Both the position numbers and the translations under genes were made by a program. 21,490 nucleotides of DNA. Source: Promethearchaeota archaeon. Lineage in GTDB: Archaea; Asgardarchaeota; Lokiarchaeia; Sigyniarchaeales; SOKP01. The stretch covers positions 1 through 21,490 of the forward strand of contig JAEOTS010000036.1 in assembly GCA_016839745.1 (NCBI GenBank), read 5' to 3'. Numbering within the stretch: position 1 is the first letter of the stretch; each line of letters begins with the position of its first letter. Positions 1 to 9,774 of this stretch are shown here, piece after piece. Below the pieces are notes generated by a model. The model ran no database searches and was not told the origin of the DNA. It was given only the letters and a program-made list of their open reading frames with translations.

Positions 1-687
1 CGGGCAAGTACTTTTTGGGGTTCTAGGCTAGAATCATATCTCGTTGCGGAAGATAAAGAAACTGGTCTTATATCCTGGATTTTTATCGATATTCTGAGCA
101 ATACAATAATTGCTGCCCCTTCAGTAGGAGTTGCAGATAGAAACAGTAAAAATGCTATATATACGACTAGCTCAAAGGGAGACATACTGCTGGATTTTAA
201 AGAAGACACAACTGAACGACAGATAATCTTAACGGGTAATATTACCAATGGAAAAATGCGCAACCTTGATCAACCCCTTTGGGTACTAGGAAACACATCG
301 ATCGGTCACAGTAAAAAATATTCAGATAATAAAAATGATGATACACTTGCCGTTATATTTGATCCTGCTGAAGTTGAAAAAGCTTTAGAAATTTCTATTG
401 AGGATATTCACATAAAGTTTAATAACCTTTTCCCAGATTTAGCAGAACCGGAATTATGCAAGGTCTTATGTTTCCCTTTCGCTCAACACTATATTGCCGA
501 CAGTCCAGGCTGTCGCACCTATATCAAAAATATCAATGACATGATCGAGAATTATAACAAAATTGCAGATATAAAAGAAATGAAAACCTTTTCAACAAGG
601 GGTATACAGAAAATGTTATTAATAAATATCTCATTACTTATGCTAAGCTTTATTTCCGTAATTATTTTATTGATAATTAATCTATAA
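1..687 (+). CDS. 5'-truncated (window edge) membrane-anchored hypothetical protein, paralog of 724..1737; possible acetoacetate-decarboxylase-like fold
   Basis: Frame 1 is open from base 1 (RASTFWGSRLESYLVAEDKETGLISWIFIDILSNT...) through the ATG at 256 to TAA at 687. It aligns by eye with the next ORF (RTSGFIGMRAEFYIIARNKETGMLSWIICDYETNT; LWVLGN/LWIDGN; FPFAQHYI/FPYSQHFI) and has a C-terminal hydrophobic helix. Confidence 0.8.
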   Translation, partial: RASTFWGSRLESYLVAEDKETGLISWIFIDILSNTIIAAPSVGVADRNSKNAIYTTSSKGDILLDFKEDTTERQIILTGNITNGKMRNLDQPLWVLGNTSIGHSKKYSDNKNDDTLAVIFDPAEVEKALEISIEDIHIKFNNLFPDLAEPELCKVLCFPFAQHYIADSPGCRTYIKNINDMIENYNKIADIKEMKTFSTRGIQKMLLINISLLMLSFISVIILLIINL

Positions 688-723
688 AGATGGATTTTAA
701 AAAAAAACACAAGGATTATAAAA

Positions 724-1737
724 ATGAATCAAGAAGAATACAGGAATTTTGTAAAAAAGACAGAATCTCTAGTAAAACCTCAAGATGTAACTGGCATTAG
801 TTTTTTGAGCAGTTTCAGCAAATCTCTTCCTTTAAAAACACAACATAAATTTACACAGAGCGGTAAGAAAAGAATTCCCTATATGGGATTCATAGTAGAT
901 CCCTATGGTTTTTTTCTATCTTTTAGAATAACAAATATTTCAGCAGCACAAGAGATGCTCCCCGAAGAATATGAATTAGCAGAAGTCTCATTTTTTAAGG
1001 ACGATGCAAAGTTTCCCATGGTAATTGCGAGCGTATTTACCGCTCGAACATCAGGTTTTATTGGTATGCGAGCCGAGTTTTATATTATTGCTCGCAATAA
1101 AGAAACTGGGATGTTATCTTGGATCATTTGTGATTATGAAACGAATACTAACAGCTATGACCCAAAGAATGGATTCTGTGGGTACACATGTGATCCAGCC
1201 GTGTTTACAACCACATACTCAGGGGAGTTACTGGTTGATATTAAAAATCCCACCAACAATAAAGAATTCGTTGTATCGGTTGATTTAGAAAAAGATGGTT
1301 CAACGGAATTGGATCATTCTCTCTGGATTGATGGAAATCTTATTGTGGATTATGGCGGCGAGCTAAAAAGTGAATTTTCAGAGCCTTTTAGCCTGCTTTT
1401 TGACCCAAATATGGTAAAAGAAGGCGTAAACATACCTTTAGACCAAGTTTCAATCAAGGCAAACACCTATCTGGGTAATATTATTGATCCTGTTAAGCCA
1501 GTAAACGCACTTATCTTTCCTTACAGTCAGCACTTTATTATTAAGCAAGACCTGCCAAAGTATGCGGTTAAAAATCAAGAGGACTTAGAGCTTCAAACAA
1601 AGGATTTCCTTAGTAGAACTGGAGATAAAGCCATGTCAGGTGAGGATATAAAAAAACCCATTTATGGAATGATCAAAATTTCTTACATAGTACTTATCGG
1701 TATAATTGTATTTTTACTAATACTACTCTTTCTATAA
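724..1737 (+). CDS. Hypothetical protein with C-terminal TM anchor; possible acetoacetate-decarboxylase-like beta fold
   Basis: 337-aa ATG ORF. 'FLSFRITNISAAQEMLPEEYEL' followed by alternating beta-strand patterns resembles the ADC-like superfamily N-terminus (inference). Ends in hydrophobic IVLIGIIVFLLILLFL. Confidence 0.75.
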   Translation: MNQEEYRNFVKKTESLVKPQDVTGISFLSSFSKSLPLKTQHKFTQSGKKRIPYMGFIVDPYGFFLSFRITNISAAQEMLPEEYELAEVSFFKDDAKFPMVIASVFTARTSGFIGMRAEFYIIARNKETGMLSWIICDYETNTNSYDPKNGFCGYTCDPAVFTTTYSGELLVDIKNPTNNKEFVVSVDLEKDGSTELDHSLWIDGNLIVDYGGELKSEFSEPFSLLFDPNMVKEGVNIPLDQVSIKANTYLGNIIDPVKPVNALIFPYSQHFIIKQDLPKYAVKNQEDLELQTKDFLSRTGDKAMSGEDIKKPIYGMIKISYIVLIGIIVFLLILLFL

Positions 1738-1747
1738 GTTTGGGTAA

Positions 1748-2377
1748 AAACCTGTAGAAAAATTAGGATCTATTTCAAAGGGACACTTCTTTTATACTCC
1801 ATCGAAAAAAGGTCTAGGAGAACTAAATCGTTCGATACTCAAATCCCTAATCGAAAATTTTGAAAATACACTAAAGGAAGAGATATTACAGTGGTTAAAG
1901 AAGTTTTGTGAATTCAATACTTATGAAATTTCTATTCCAGGTCTTAAAGATCCCACTTTAGTTCCTAAAGGAAAAACCGGTCTAATTATTAGCGTGCTTT
2001 TTGAATACGATTTATTCAAAAAGATTCAGGAAGCTTCTTGGTATGAAGTATTTAAAAAAGAAGTTGAAAACTGTATTTTAGATACTCTAACAAATTCTAT
2101 ATACCCTGAAATCGAGGAAAAGATTTTTTTCCGTTTTTCTTTAACGCATTTAACTATTCTAAATAGGGTGGGAAACTCTGTAGGGGCTATTACGGGTTGG
2201 TCATACCAAGAACCAGTTACTGTAGTAAACAGACTTCTAAAGATTTCTGGTTCTGTTAAAACAACTATCCCAAAAGTATTACTGGGGGGCCAATGGGTTT
2301 ATAGTCCTGCTGGAATACCCATTGCAATTCTTACCGGCTTACTTGCTTCTCAAAAAATTATTAAAAATAAAATATAG
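1748..2377 (+). pseudogene. C-terminal remnant of a phytoene desaturase (CrtI)-like FAD-dependent oxidoreductase
   Basis: Frame 2 is open from 1748 (after TAA at 1745-1747), upstream of the GTG at 1994. It reads KPVEKLGSISKGHFFYTP...YEISIPGLKDPTLVPKGKTG...GAITGW...KTTIPKVLLGGQWVYSPAGIPIAILTG, which are C-terminal CrtI-family motifs. There is no N-terminal GxGxxG and no ATG in the ORF. Confidence 0.7.
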
Positions 2378-2455
2378 TTCAAAATTGACAGGATGCCTTT
2401 CAAATTTGGTATTTGGAATTGAATTTCAATCAAGATAAATTTTAAACTATCGATA

Positions 2456-4831
2456 TTAAAAGGAATTATGAATCTTTAAAGCAGTTTGACGTCCGTCTCT
2501 TACTGATTCAATTATAGTGTATGTTTGCGGGTAATCTGAATACCATCGGCCACTTGAAACAATTGATTTTGATATATCCTCAAGCTTTAAGTCAAAGGGT
2601 GCTGTTAAATAAATATAATCGTAATTTTTCGCTAGTTTAACTAATTGTTCCTGTTCCTTGAGTTCCCATTTAAAATTAAAATTCATTTCGCTTGAAACCA
2701 TGGAATTAAGCTCTTTTTGAAGTACATTTTCAACTATCGTATTGTTCTCAACATATTTCAACAGTCTCCCGCCTAGTTTATCCTCCTTTTCAAAATAATC
2801 TATTGAATAACCTAGTCGTGCGAGAAAATAACCACATGTCAATCCTGCAGGACCAGCACCAATTATTGCAATCTTTTTCCCGTTAATTGTTGAATAATAA
2901 TCTGACCATCCATTAGCATCAGTATGAGATGCAATCCATTTATGTAATTCTTGTATAGGCATCGCATTCTCTGTAAAGGTTTTGCGATAGCATTGCTTTT
3001 CACAGAAAGATTCTGGAGAACAAACATAACCACAAATTTCAGCTAAAGGATTTGATTCCCTGATTGCTTTAGTCGCCCCATTAAAATTACCTGCTTCTAT
3101 TCTTCTCATAAAATTTGGTATATCAATATGAGCAGGACATGCCGCAATACATGGTGCATCTTGACAATGTTGACAGAGCCGTGCTATTTTTCTTGCAATT
3201 TCAGGATTATACTCCATAATATTGGGGATCTCATACTTTTCCTTAGAGCTAATAGAGGTCACATATTTGTCTTCTACATTGTCTTTATATGTCTCTTTTT
3301 TTAATTCTCTTAGGATTACATTTGCTACAGCAAATCCAGATACTGTAACAGCGGGTAAACCCATACCCATTGTTGTAGAATCTCCACAGGCATACAGATT
3401 TTTCCAATCAGTTTTCGCATTTAGTCTATTCATAAGATCTTGTCCAATACTTTGTTTTGGGCCCCCTACACAACCCCAATTCTTTAATGTATATTTTTCA
3501 ATAGTCGAAGGAGTTCCAATATTTAACATTCTTAAACCTTTTCTAAAATCAGGTAATCTTTTCTCAATCTCATCTAGTATTAAATCTGCTTGTTTTTTCT
3601 TACTTGAATAATAATCTTCTGAATGATATTCCTGATCTTTTGGATTGGGCCATGTTTGGTTTGGTGCTGGTGAGAATATCGTTAATATATGTTCATCTTC
3701 AGGACCTAATGTGTGATCATCAAATGTGGGTATATACATAGTAATGTCTCCCATATCAATTTCAGAACTATCTGATACATAGTATTCGACTGGAGATGTA
3801 CCTTTAGGGAAAACTGATTTTTCAACTGCTGCATGCAGAATCATAGCAGGATATGTATGCTCCAAAGAATCGACCCAATTTTTTTGCTTGGTTGATATCA
3901 AATTTAACGGGATTAGGTCATTATAAAGATTCCAGACTGTAGTACCAGATATTATTTTTTCTGCTTTAATTTTTGAGCCATCTATGAGTAATACTCCATT
4001 CGCTTTTTTCCCATCAAAAAGTATTTTGTTAACTCTCGTTCTATATAACAGTGTACCACCATTCTTTTCAATTGATTTTTCCAGAGTATTGCTATATGTC
4101 TGAGCTGATCCTGCGATATAATAACTCCCACCAATGTGATTATCTGTAAATGTAGTCAATGCCATAATTGCAGGAGTTTCTTCAGCAGTACAGTAAATAT
4201 AACTTGAACATAACATATCAAAGAATTCAATCAGCCTTTCACTTTTTATATATGGTTCCATGATATCTTTTGCTGATTTGGTTAGTAAATCCCTCATATT
4301 CATGGCTCTTTTTGGGTTATCAAAAAGCATTTTTAATTTATCTTTAAGAGTTAATTCAGAGGGAGTTGTAAGCATTTCATATCCTCGAATATTATTATTA
4401 TAAAAATCCATCAAAAAGCTATAGAAAGCTTCAAGCTCTTCTTTTTCTTCAGGAAATGCCTTTTTCAATTCAACAACAAATCTATTTATATCTTTATAAA
4501 AGTTGATTATTCTACCTTTAAAATTCAATCTAAAGAACGCTTCTCTTGGAATAATATCTAATTCTTCTTCAAGAGAGTTCATCAAGATTCTTTCTGGGTG
4601 AAATCCTTCAGTTCCAAAGCCAAAAAATAAAGCAGCTCCCGAATCGAATATTCGATCTTCTCTTCTAAAACTAGTACAAGCTCCACCGGGAAGATAATGT
4701 TGCTCGACAATTAAAACATCAATTCCTCTTTTAGCTAGAAGTGCTCCTGCTGTCAAAGAGCCCAAACCTGCTCCAATAATTATGACATCATATTTTTCTT
4801 TTAATAATGCTTTTGAATTTAAAATTCCCAT
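2456..4831 (-). CDS. CrtI/retinol-saturase-like FAD-dependent oxidoreductase fused to a C-terminal GltD/dihydropyrimidine dehydrogenase-type 4Fe-4S + FAD module
   Basis: N-terminal DVIIIGAGLGSL...EQHYLPGG...FDSGA and NLYACGDST.MGMGLPAV are CrtI-family motifs. From about residue 553 it has CQHCQDAPCIAACP..IDIP, NPLAEICGYVC...CEKQC and KKIAIIGAGPAGLTCG, typical of the GltD/PreT family. Confidence 0.85.
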   Translation of the reverse strand: MGILNSKALLKEKYDVIIIGAGLGSLTAGALLAKRGIDVLIVEQHYLPGGACTSFRREDRIFDSGAALFFGFGTEGFHPERILMNSLEEELDIIPREAFFRLNFKGRIINFYKDINRFVVELKKAFPEEKEELEAFYSFLMDFYNNNIRGYEMLTTPSELTLKDKLKMLFDNPKRAMNMRDLLTKSAKDIMEPYIKSERLIEFFDMLCSSYIYCTAEETPAIMALTTFTDNHIGGSYYIAGSAQTYSNTLEKSIEKNGGTLLYRTRVNKILFDGKKANGVLLIDGSKIKAEKIISGTTVWNLYNDLIPLNLISTKQKNWVDSLEHTYPAMILHAAVEKSVFPKGTSPVEYYVSDSSEIDMGDITMYIPTFDDHTLGPEDEHILTIFSPAPNQTWPNPKDQEYHSEDYYSSKKKQADLILDEIEKRLPDFRKGLRMLNIGTPSTIEKYTLKNWGCVGGPKQSIGQDLMNRLNAKTDWKNLYACGDSTTMGMGLPAVTVSGFAVANVILRELKKETYKDNVEDKYVTSISSKEKYEIPNIMEYNPEIARKIARLCQHCQDAPCIAACPAHIDIPNFMRRIEAGNFNGATKAIRESNPLAEICGYVCSPESFCEKQCYRKTFTENAMPIQELHKWIASHTDANGWSDYYSTINGKKIAIIGAGPAGLTCGYFLARLGYSIDYFEKEDKLGGRLLKYVENNTIVENVLQKELNSMVSSEMNFNFKWELKEQEQLVKLAKNYDYIYLTAPFDLKLEDISKSIVSSGRWYSDYPQTYTIIESVRDGRQTALKIHNSF

Positions 4832-4857
4832 ATTTTAAACCTCTAGTTTCAAAATAG

Positions 4858-5397
4858 TTAATAAAAGATATAATACATTGAAAAAGCTAATGTTGAAATT
4901 AGCATTACTAATATCAAATTTCGACCATTAGGCCATTCATATCGCTTTCTAAGACGAATGTCTAGAAAATAAGAGCTAGGATACACAATTAATATTCCTA
5001 TTGCAAATACGAGTAAATCTCGAGGTGGTACATAATTCCAAATACCCGTTAGGTATATATACAACCCAAAAATAAGTATTGGAGGATGCATTGTCATCCT
5101 TTCTAATAATAACCATCCTCTATTTTTCTTCCAGTAACTTCTTCCCTTAAATCGTCGATAAAAATTAACGTCCCATGTAGAGGTAAAAATCATAGCGGGA
5201 AAACAAACCGCTAATATGACATTAAAAACTGGATTTTGTAAATTAAATATTATACTAAAACAAAAGAAATAGTTTACTAAGCGACTTACATAGAAACGCC
5301 TAAATTGAAGCTCATCTTTTAATTTAAAGGTTGACAACCAGAATCGAAAGATAAAAAATACAATACCTATGGATGGTAAAAATAAATCAGTTAGCAT
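4858..5397 (-). CDS. Integral membrane hypothetical protein (about 6 TM), probably co-transcribed with 2456..4831
   Basis: 179-aa ATG ORF with several hydrophobic segments and a polar ERMTMHPP motif; 26-nt gap to the downstream oxidoreductase on the same strand. Confidence 0.75.
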   Translation of the reverse strand: MLTDLFLPSIGIVFFIFRFWLSTFKLKDELQFRRFYVSRLVNYFFCFSIIFNLQNPVFNVILAVCFPAMIFTSTWDVNFYRRFKGRSYWKKNRGWLLLERMTMHPPILIFGLYIYLTGIWNYVPPRDLLVFAIGILIVYPSSYFLDIRLRKRYEWPNGRNLILVMLISTLAFSMYYIFY

Positions 5398-5545
5398 TAA
5401 CTTAATCTAAACTCATTTTTTTTTAAATATTTTGGTTATTAGTTAAAAACACCCAAACTCAGCAATACATTATACTTTTGACTAAATTATTTCTATAAGA
5501 TATTAACTATCAATTTAAATTTAGAAACACCTTATTTAAAGTACT

Positions 5546-6856
5546 GTGTTTGAAATTAATGAGTCTAATCTTCTTATCCAAGATCTAAAGGAGTGTACAG
5601 CACATATTAAAAAAACTAATGCACTAAAGGTTTCACTATTTCTAAATCTCATATATGTAGTTATTACCATCTCATGTTTCTTTATTGTTCCCATTTTTAC
5701 TCCAATTGAAAATACGATTATTGCAAATGATTATAGAATCTTCTACCAATCGGCTCAAACAATTATGGAAAATCCGATGCTGTTATACACTTTGCCAGAT
5801 TATAATATGCCTTTTCGTTATTTACCCCTTTTTGCTTTGCTTTTTATTCCATATACTTTTATACCTTTTGAAGTTGGTTTTGTCATTCATACTTTTTTAT
5901 TAGGAATAATTCAAACCGCATCATTTTATCTAATATATATTATTTCAACACACTTCTATAACATAAAATATAACACCAAAATAAAGAGAGATTTGTTATT
6001 CTTAGTTATGATGGCTCCATTACAAGTTCCAATGATTTTAATGGGCCAGATCTCACATATTTTCATTTTTCTGATGTTAATTCTACTTTTACTTATAGAA
6101 AATGCAAGAGAAAAGAGATATTATATAAAATATCAATATATATCAACGGGACTAATTTTAGGATTGGGGATTTCATTCAAACCATTTGCTATTTTAATAA
6201 TCCCCTTTTTAGCTAAATTGGTTATTACTTTTGATGCAAAAAGGATTAAGATAAATTTCGGGATTCTTTTTAAACTTCTCTTGGGATTAGCCATTACTCA
6301 TATAATTAATGTTATTTATGTTTTCATTTATCCTGGTTTAGTTCAAGAATTTTTAAATATTAATTCGACCGCTCAGATATTAAATTATCCAAGTAGCAGT
6401 CTAACCAGAATCATATCTGTGGTATTTGGCTCTTTCTCGATTGAACCTATTGTAATGATTATTTTAACATTTATCCTATACGGTTTCATATATTCAGTTT
6501 ATTTGATTACTCCTTCAGAAAAAGTCAACTATCCCTCCTATTTTGGAATGGTACTTCTCCTCGTTATGATAATATTCACAGATTCTTGGTTTTTAAACTT
6601 CTTGATTTGGTTTATGTTGGTCTTTTCTGGTTTATTTCAATACGAAGATGAAATCAATCTAATTTCTTCTGAAAACTTTAAAAAGAACCTAAAAATTTCT
6701 AATTTCATTACTTATAAAATAACCTACTATGGTATCGTGTATTTTTCAGCTGGTGTAGTAATTGGATTGACTATTTATCCAACAGATCCGATTTTGCCCT
6801 TCTTTCTAATTGTCTTGTATTCAAACTTGCTTTGGCGTCTTTTTAGAAATCGATAA
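5546..6856 (+). CDS. GT-C fold membrane glycosyltransferase, family GT87 (DUF2029)-like
   Basis: After TM1: NDYRIFYQSA...LLY...PFRYLPLFALLFIP, then MGQ and SFKP motifs, with about 11-12 hydrophobic segments. The GTG start is uncertain. Confidence 0.75.
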   Translation: MFEINESNLLIQDLKECTAHIKKTNALKVSLFLNLIYVVITISCFFIVPIFTPIENTIIANDYRIFYQSAQTIMENPMLLYTLPDYNMPFRYLPLFALLFIPYTFIPFEVGFVIHTFLLGIIQTASFYLIYIISTHFYNIKYNTKIKRDLLFLVMMAPLQVPMILMGQISHIFIFLMLILLLLIENAREKRYYIKYQYISTGLILGLGISFKPFAILIIPFLAKLVITFDAKRIKINFGILFKLLLGLAITHIINVIYVFIYPGLVQEFLNINSTAQILNYPSSSLTRIISVVFGSFSIEPIVMIILTFILYGFIYSVYLITPSEKVNYPSYFGMVLLLVMIIFTDSWFLNFLIWFMLVFSGLFQYEDEINLISSENFKKNLKISNFITYKITYYGIVYFSAGVVIGLTIYPTDPILPFFLIVLYSNLLWRLFRNR

Positions 6857-7025
6857 TCTAAATTCATAAATATAAGTTCTCCATTGTTTGCTTTATTGTA
6901 AATTGTATATCATTTTCTTAATTAAGGATCTTTTTAAAACTACAACTCAAAACACTCATTCCCACAAAAAGGTAAATTTTACTCATTTTATCAGTGGCTC
7001 CGATAATTGTCACACTTTTTTGATT

Positions 7026-8246
7026 TCAGTTAAAAATATTTTTCGGATTTTCATATAACATTTTATTTCCAATATCAACTGCATCGCTAAAGGAAAATTT
7101 CTTAGCTTGTATAAACTCAATAAGAACTTCTGCTAAAATATCTTTAATTGATAATAACGCTCCGTATGTTCCTTCTAGATTTTCACAATCTCCCCCAAAA
7201 GCAAAAACTTTGTTAGTACAATTCCTTTCAATCAGTTCCGTTAGTAATCGTTTTGTGGCAGACTGGCTAAGAATAGGTATCCAACATAAATCTACATAGG
7301 CATTGGATCTCTGTGTCAAAATGCCTGGTATTGTATGATGAAAGGGGTAACCGCCATGAAAGAGATCAAACTTTACATCAGAAAATTTTCTCATTATGTC
7401 CATAAGATAAATCGGATTTGTTTCTACTATGCGCGCCATACCTGTATGAACCTGAACTGGTAATTTCTCTTTTCTTGCGTATTCTAAAAGAGATGTTACT
7501 ACATAATTGCCCCATCTTCTCATTTCTTTCTCGTTGATTAATTCCTCTTTTTTCTGAATCTTATCGTAAATTTCAGTAATTTTTCCATCATCATTCTTTT
7601 CATATAAAAAATGAATTGAGCGTTCATACGCAGATCCTATTTTAATCGTGTTTGCCATAGAGCGCAGAGAGTTGAAGTATTTTTCAAGAACATCATCAAA
7701 ATCTTCTAGGGTGTTAAGCGATCTGTTATTTTTTTCTGCATATTGCTCAATCTGATGGCTAGCGGTCCAAGAGCGATATTTATACGTGTCTACTTTAACA
7801 AATGGGAAAGTAACTTCGTCAATCCTAATAGTTGTTTGAACGATGGGATGCTTCCAATCTTTCCATAAATCTGGTTTTATGTCTAGAATTACATTTGTTA
7901 TGTTTAACTTCTGTGTGAGAGTATCATAAATATAATTTGGATTTTTATACGCTTCTTTTATTCTACTATTTAGTAGTTTCAATTTTTCAGGTTTTATAGG
8001 AAGAATATCAATTTCATATAGTTGTTTAAATGCTAAGCGGAGTGAATTTAACGCATCAGATCCTATACTAATGTGCAAAATTTCACTCATCCTCTTAAGA
8101 TGTCTCGGTACATACATATATGCTCCTTTAAAAACTTTCGCTAAATCTATCGTAGGTTTTTGAGGGGAATAATTTCCAATATCACCAAAATGTTCATGAG
8201 TATCGAAAATTTGCACCCATTCTGAAATTAATTTATCTTTTAACAT
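7026..8246 (-). CDS. Metal-dependent amidohydrolase superfamily protein (Amidohydro_2-like)
   Basis: DTHEH (HxH), PVQVHTG, LFHGGYP, YVDLCW, FAFGGD and terminal ENPKNIF motifs. Confidence 0.85.
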   Translation of the reverse strand: MLKDKLISEWVQIFDTHEHFGDIGNYSPQKPTIDLAKVFKGAYMYVPRHLKRMSEILHISIGSDALNSLRLAFKQLYEIDILPIKPEKLKLLNSRIKEAYKNPNYIYDTLTQKLNITNVILDIKPDLWKDWKHPIVQTTIRIDEVTFPFVKVDTYKYRSWTASHQIEQYAEKNNRSLNTLEDFDDVLEKYFNSLRSMANTIKIGSAYERSIHFLYEKNDDGKITEIYDKIQKKEELINEKEMRRWGNYVVTSLLEYARKEKLPVQVHTGMARIVETNPIYLMDIMRKFSDVKFDLFHGGYPFHHTIPGILTQRSNAYVDLCWIPILSQSATKRLLTELIERNCTNKVFAFGGDCENLEGTYGALLSIKDILAEVLIEFIQAKKFSFSDAVDIGNKMLYENPKNIFN

Positions 8247-8386
8247 TTCTAATCCTTCTGTTAAATGCTATAGTTAGATTCTGGCTGAAAAATATACTTA
8301 GAATTTTCAATATTGTATTCATAAAAAAGATTTGTATAAATTATATAATGAAAAGAATCAGTAAATTACAAGAAAGCCTTAGGCTC

Positions 8387-9358
8387 TTATAATGTTCCTT
8401 GATCAATATCTTTGATGAATTTCGTTAACCCATCAAAGTATATCTTCTGATCGTCATAAAAGGCACAATGACTACCATTTGGACATAACAGAAATTTTCC
8501 CTGTTGTAGTTGGGTAGATACCCATTTCATATGTTCAGGATCCATTGTATCGTGAGTAGCTCCGATTACTAATGTAGGGACTTTTATTTTTGGCAAATCA
8601 GAGGTTCTATCCCATTTTTCCAATGTGCCTCGGATACCAAATTCACTAGGTCCCTGCATTGGCACATAGACATCCTCATTAAGGTGTTTAAATGTTCGAT
8701 TAACGGGTTCTGGCCACTTGTCAACTGGTATACGAATAAAATGTTCAGCGTAATAATTAGGCAACAATAATTCCAAGTACCGAGGATTATCAAAGTCTCC
8801 TTTGGCTTCCAATTCCTTGATTTCAGCTAATACTTCAGGTTTAAGCTTAGGTCCTAGGACTTCATCAGCATATCTCCCATAAGCTGGGGCACTCATCATC
8901 ATATTGGAGATAACTAGGCCCTTGAGATTTTCCTGATATTTCAGAGCATACTCAACTGCTAGTATACCACCCCAAGATTGCCCTAATAAGTAAAAGTTGG
9001 ATTTGTTTAAATTTAGAGCTTTTCTAACCTGTTCTACTTCCTCGACAAATCTAGATGTCTTCCATAAGCCGGGTTCTGTAGGTTGGTCACTATAATAGGA
9101 TCCCAACTGGTCGTAATAGTAGTATTCAAATCCCTCTGCTGGAAAGAAACTATCAAAACATTCAAGATATTCATGGGTTCCTCCAGGACCTCCATGTAAG
9201 AGAAGTACTTTGATTGTAGGATTATTTCCAATCCTTTTAGTCCAGACTTTAAATTCACCAAATGGAGTTTGAATGGGTATCATTTTGATTCCACCAGTTA
9301 AAATATCTTCACGACCAGTAGTATTATAGTAATCACTTAGAGTTTTTTCAGATGGCAT
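8387..9358 (-). CDS. pip: Proline iminopeptidase / proline-specific peptidase (alpha/beta hydrolase)
   Basis: LLHGGPG, YDQLGS..SD.P, GQSWGG nucleophile motif, GPSEF, HD and GSH catalytic positions. Confidence 0.88.
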   Translation of the reverse strand: MPSEKTLSDYYNTTGREDILTGGIKMIPIQTPFGEFKVWTKRIGNNPTIKVLLLHGGPGGTHEYLECFDSFFPAEGFEYYYYDQLGSYYSDQPTEPGLWKTSRFVEEVEQVRKALNLNKSNFYLLGQSWGGILAVEYALKYQENLKGLVISNMMMSAPAYGRYADEVLGPKLKPEVLAEIKELEAKGDFDNPRYLELLLPNYYAEHFIRIPVDKWPEPVNRTFKHLNEDVYVPMQGPSEFGIRGTLEKWDRTSDLPKIKVPTLVIGATHDTMDPEHMKWVSTQLQQGKFLLCPNGSHCAFYDDQKIYFDGLTKFIKDIDQGTL

Positions 9359-9473
9359 AATAAAAATTGGTTTTTTTAGGATTAAATATTTATTTCTAAG
9401 ATGATTTATAATTTAATCTTATTTATTTACCAAAAACTTCTTTTTGGCTAACTACATAAAGTAAGCAATGATT

Positions 9474-9722
9474 TTAAAAGCTGGGAGTTTTAAGATCAAC
9501 TATTTGATGATTACTTGGATTAAAAATCCATTCGTTTTTACATTTTTTAGAACAAAAATAGTGTTTTGCTGGTTCTTGAGTAATATTTATAAAGACAAAT
9601 TTGTAAGGTCTATCATAATTACTTTGATACAGTTTTAAACGTTTTCCACACAATTCACAACTTTTTTTTAAGGAGATCGTACTTCCTTTTATTTCGTCTG
9701 CGGAATCTTTAAACGATTTCAT
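9474..9722 (-). CDS. Small TRASH/MYM-like zinc-finger protein
   Basis: CELCGK...HYFCSKKCK four-Cys motif. ATG at 9722; an alternative TTG start at 9737. Confidence 0.65.
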   Translation of the reverse strand: MKSFKDSADEIKGSTISLKKSCELCGKRLKLYQSNYDRPYKFVFINITQEPAKHYFCSKKCKNEWIFNPSNHQIVDLKTPSF

Positions 9723-9760
9723 TTTTTTGATTTTCAAATATTCTTCATTTTATTTTCTTC

Positions 9761-9774
9761 TACTCTTAAGAGTA
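9761..9774. promoter_or_regulatory. 14-bp perfect palindrome TACTCTTAAGAGTA, candidate operator
   Basis: Perfect dyad in the intergenic region, between TATA-like tracts (about 9787-9810) and the start of the zinc-finger gene. Confidence 0.3.

Noticed and set aside
256-687. 143-aa ORF starting at ATG 256 as a complete gene
   Set aside because: The frame is open to base 1 and paralog similarity continues upstream of 256.
1748-4831. Carotenoid biosynthesis cluster
   Set aside because: No phytoene synthase, cyclase or prenyltransferase; the CrtI-like fold alone does not define the substrate.
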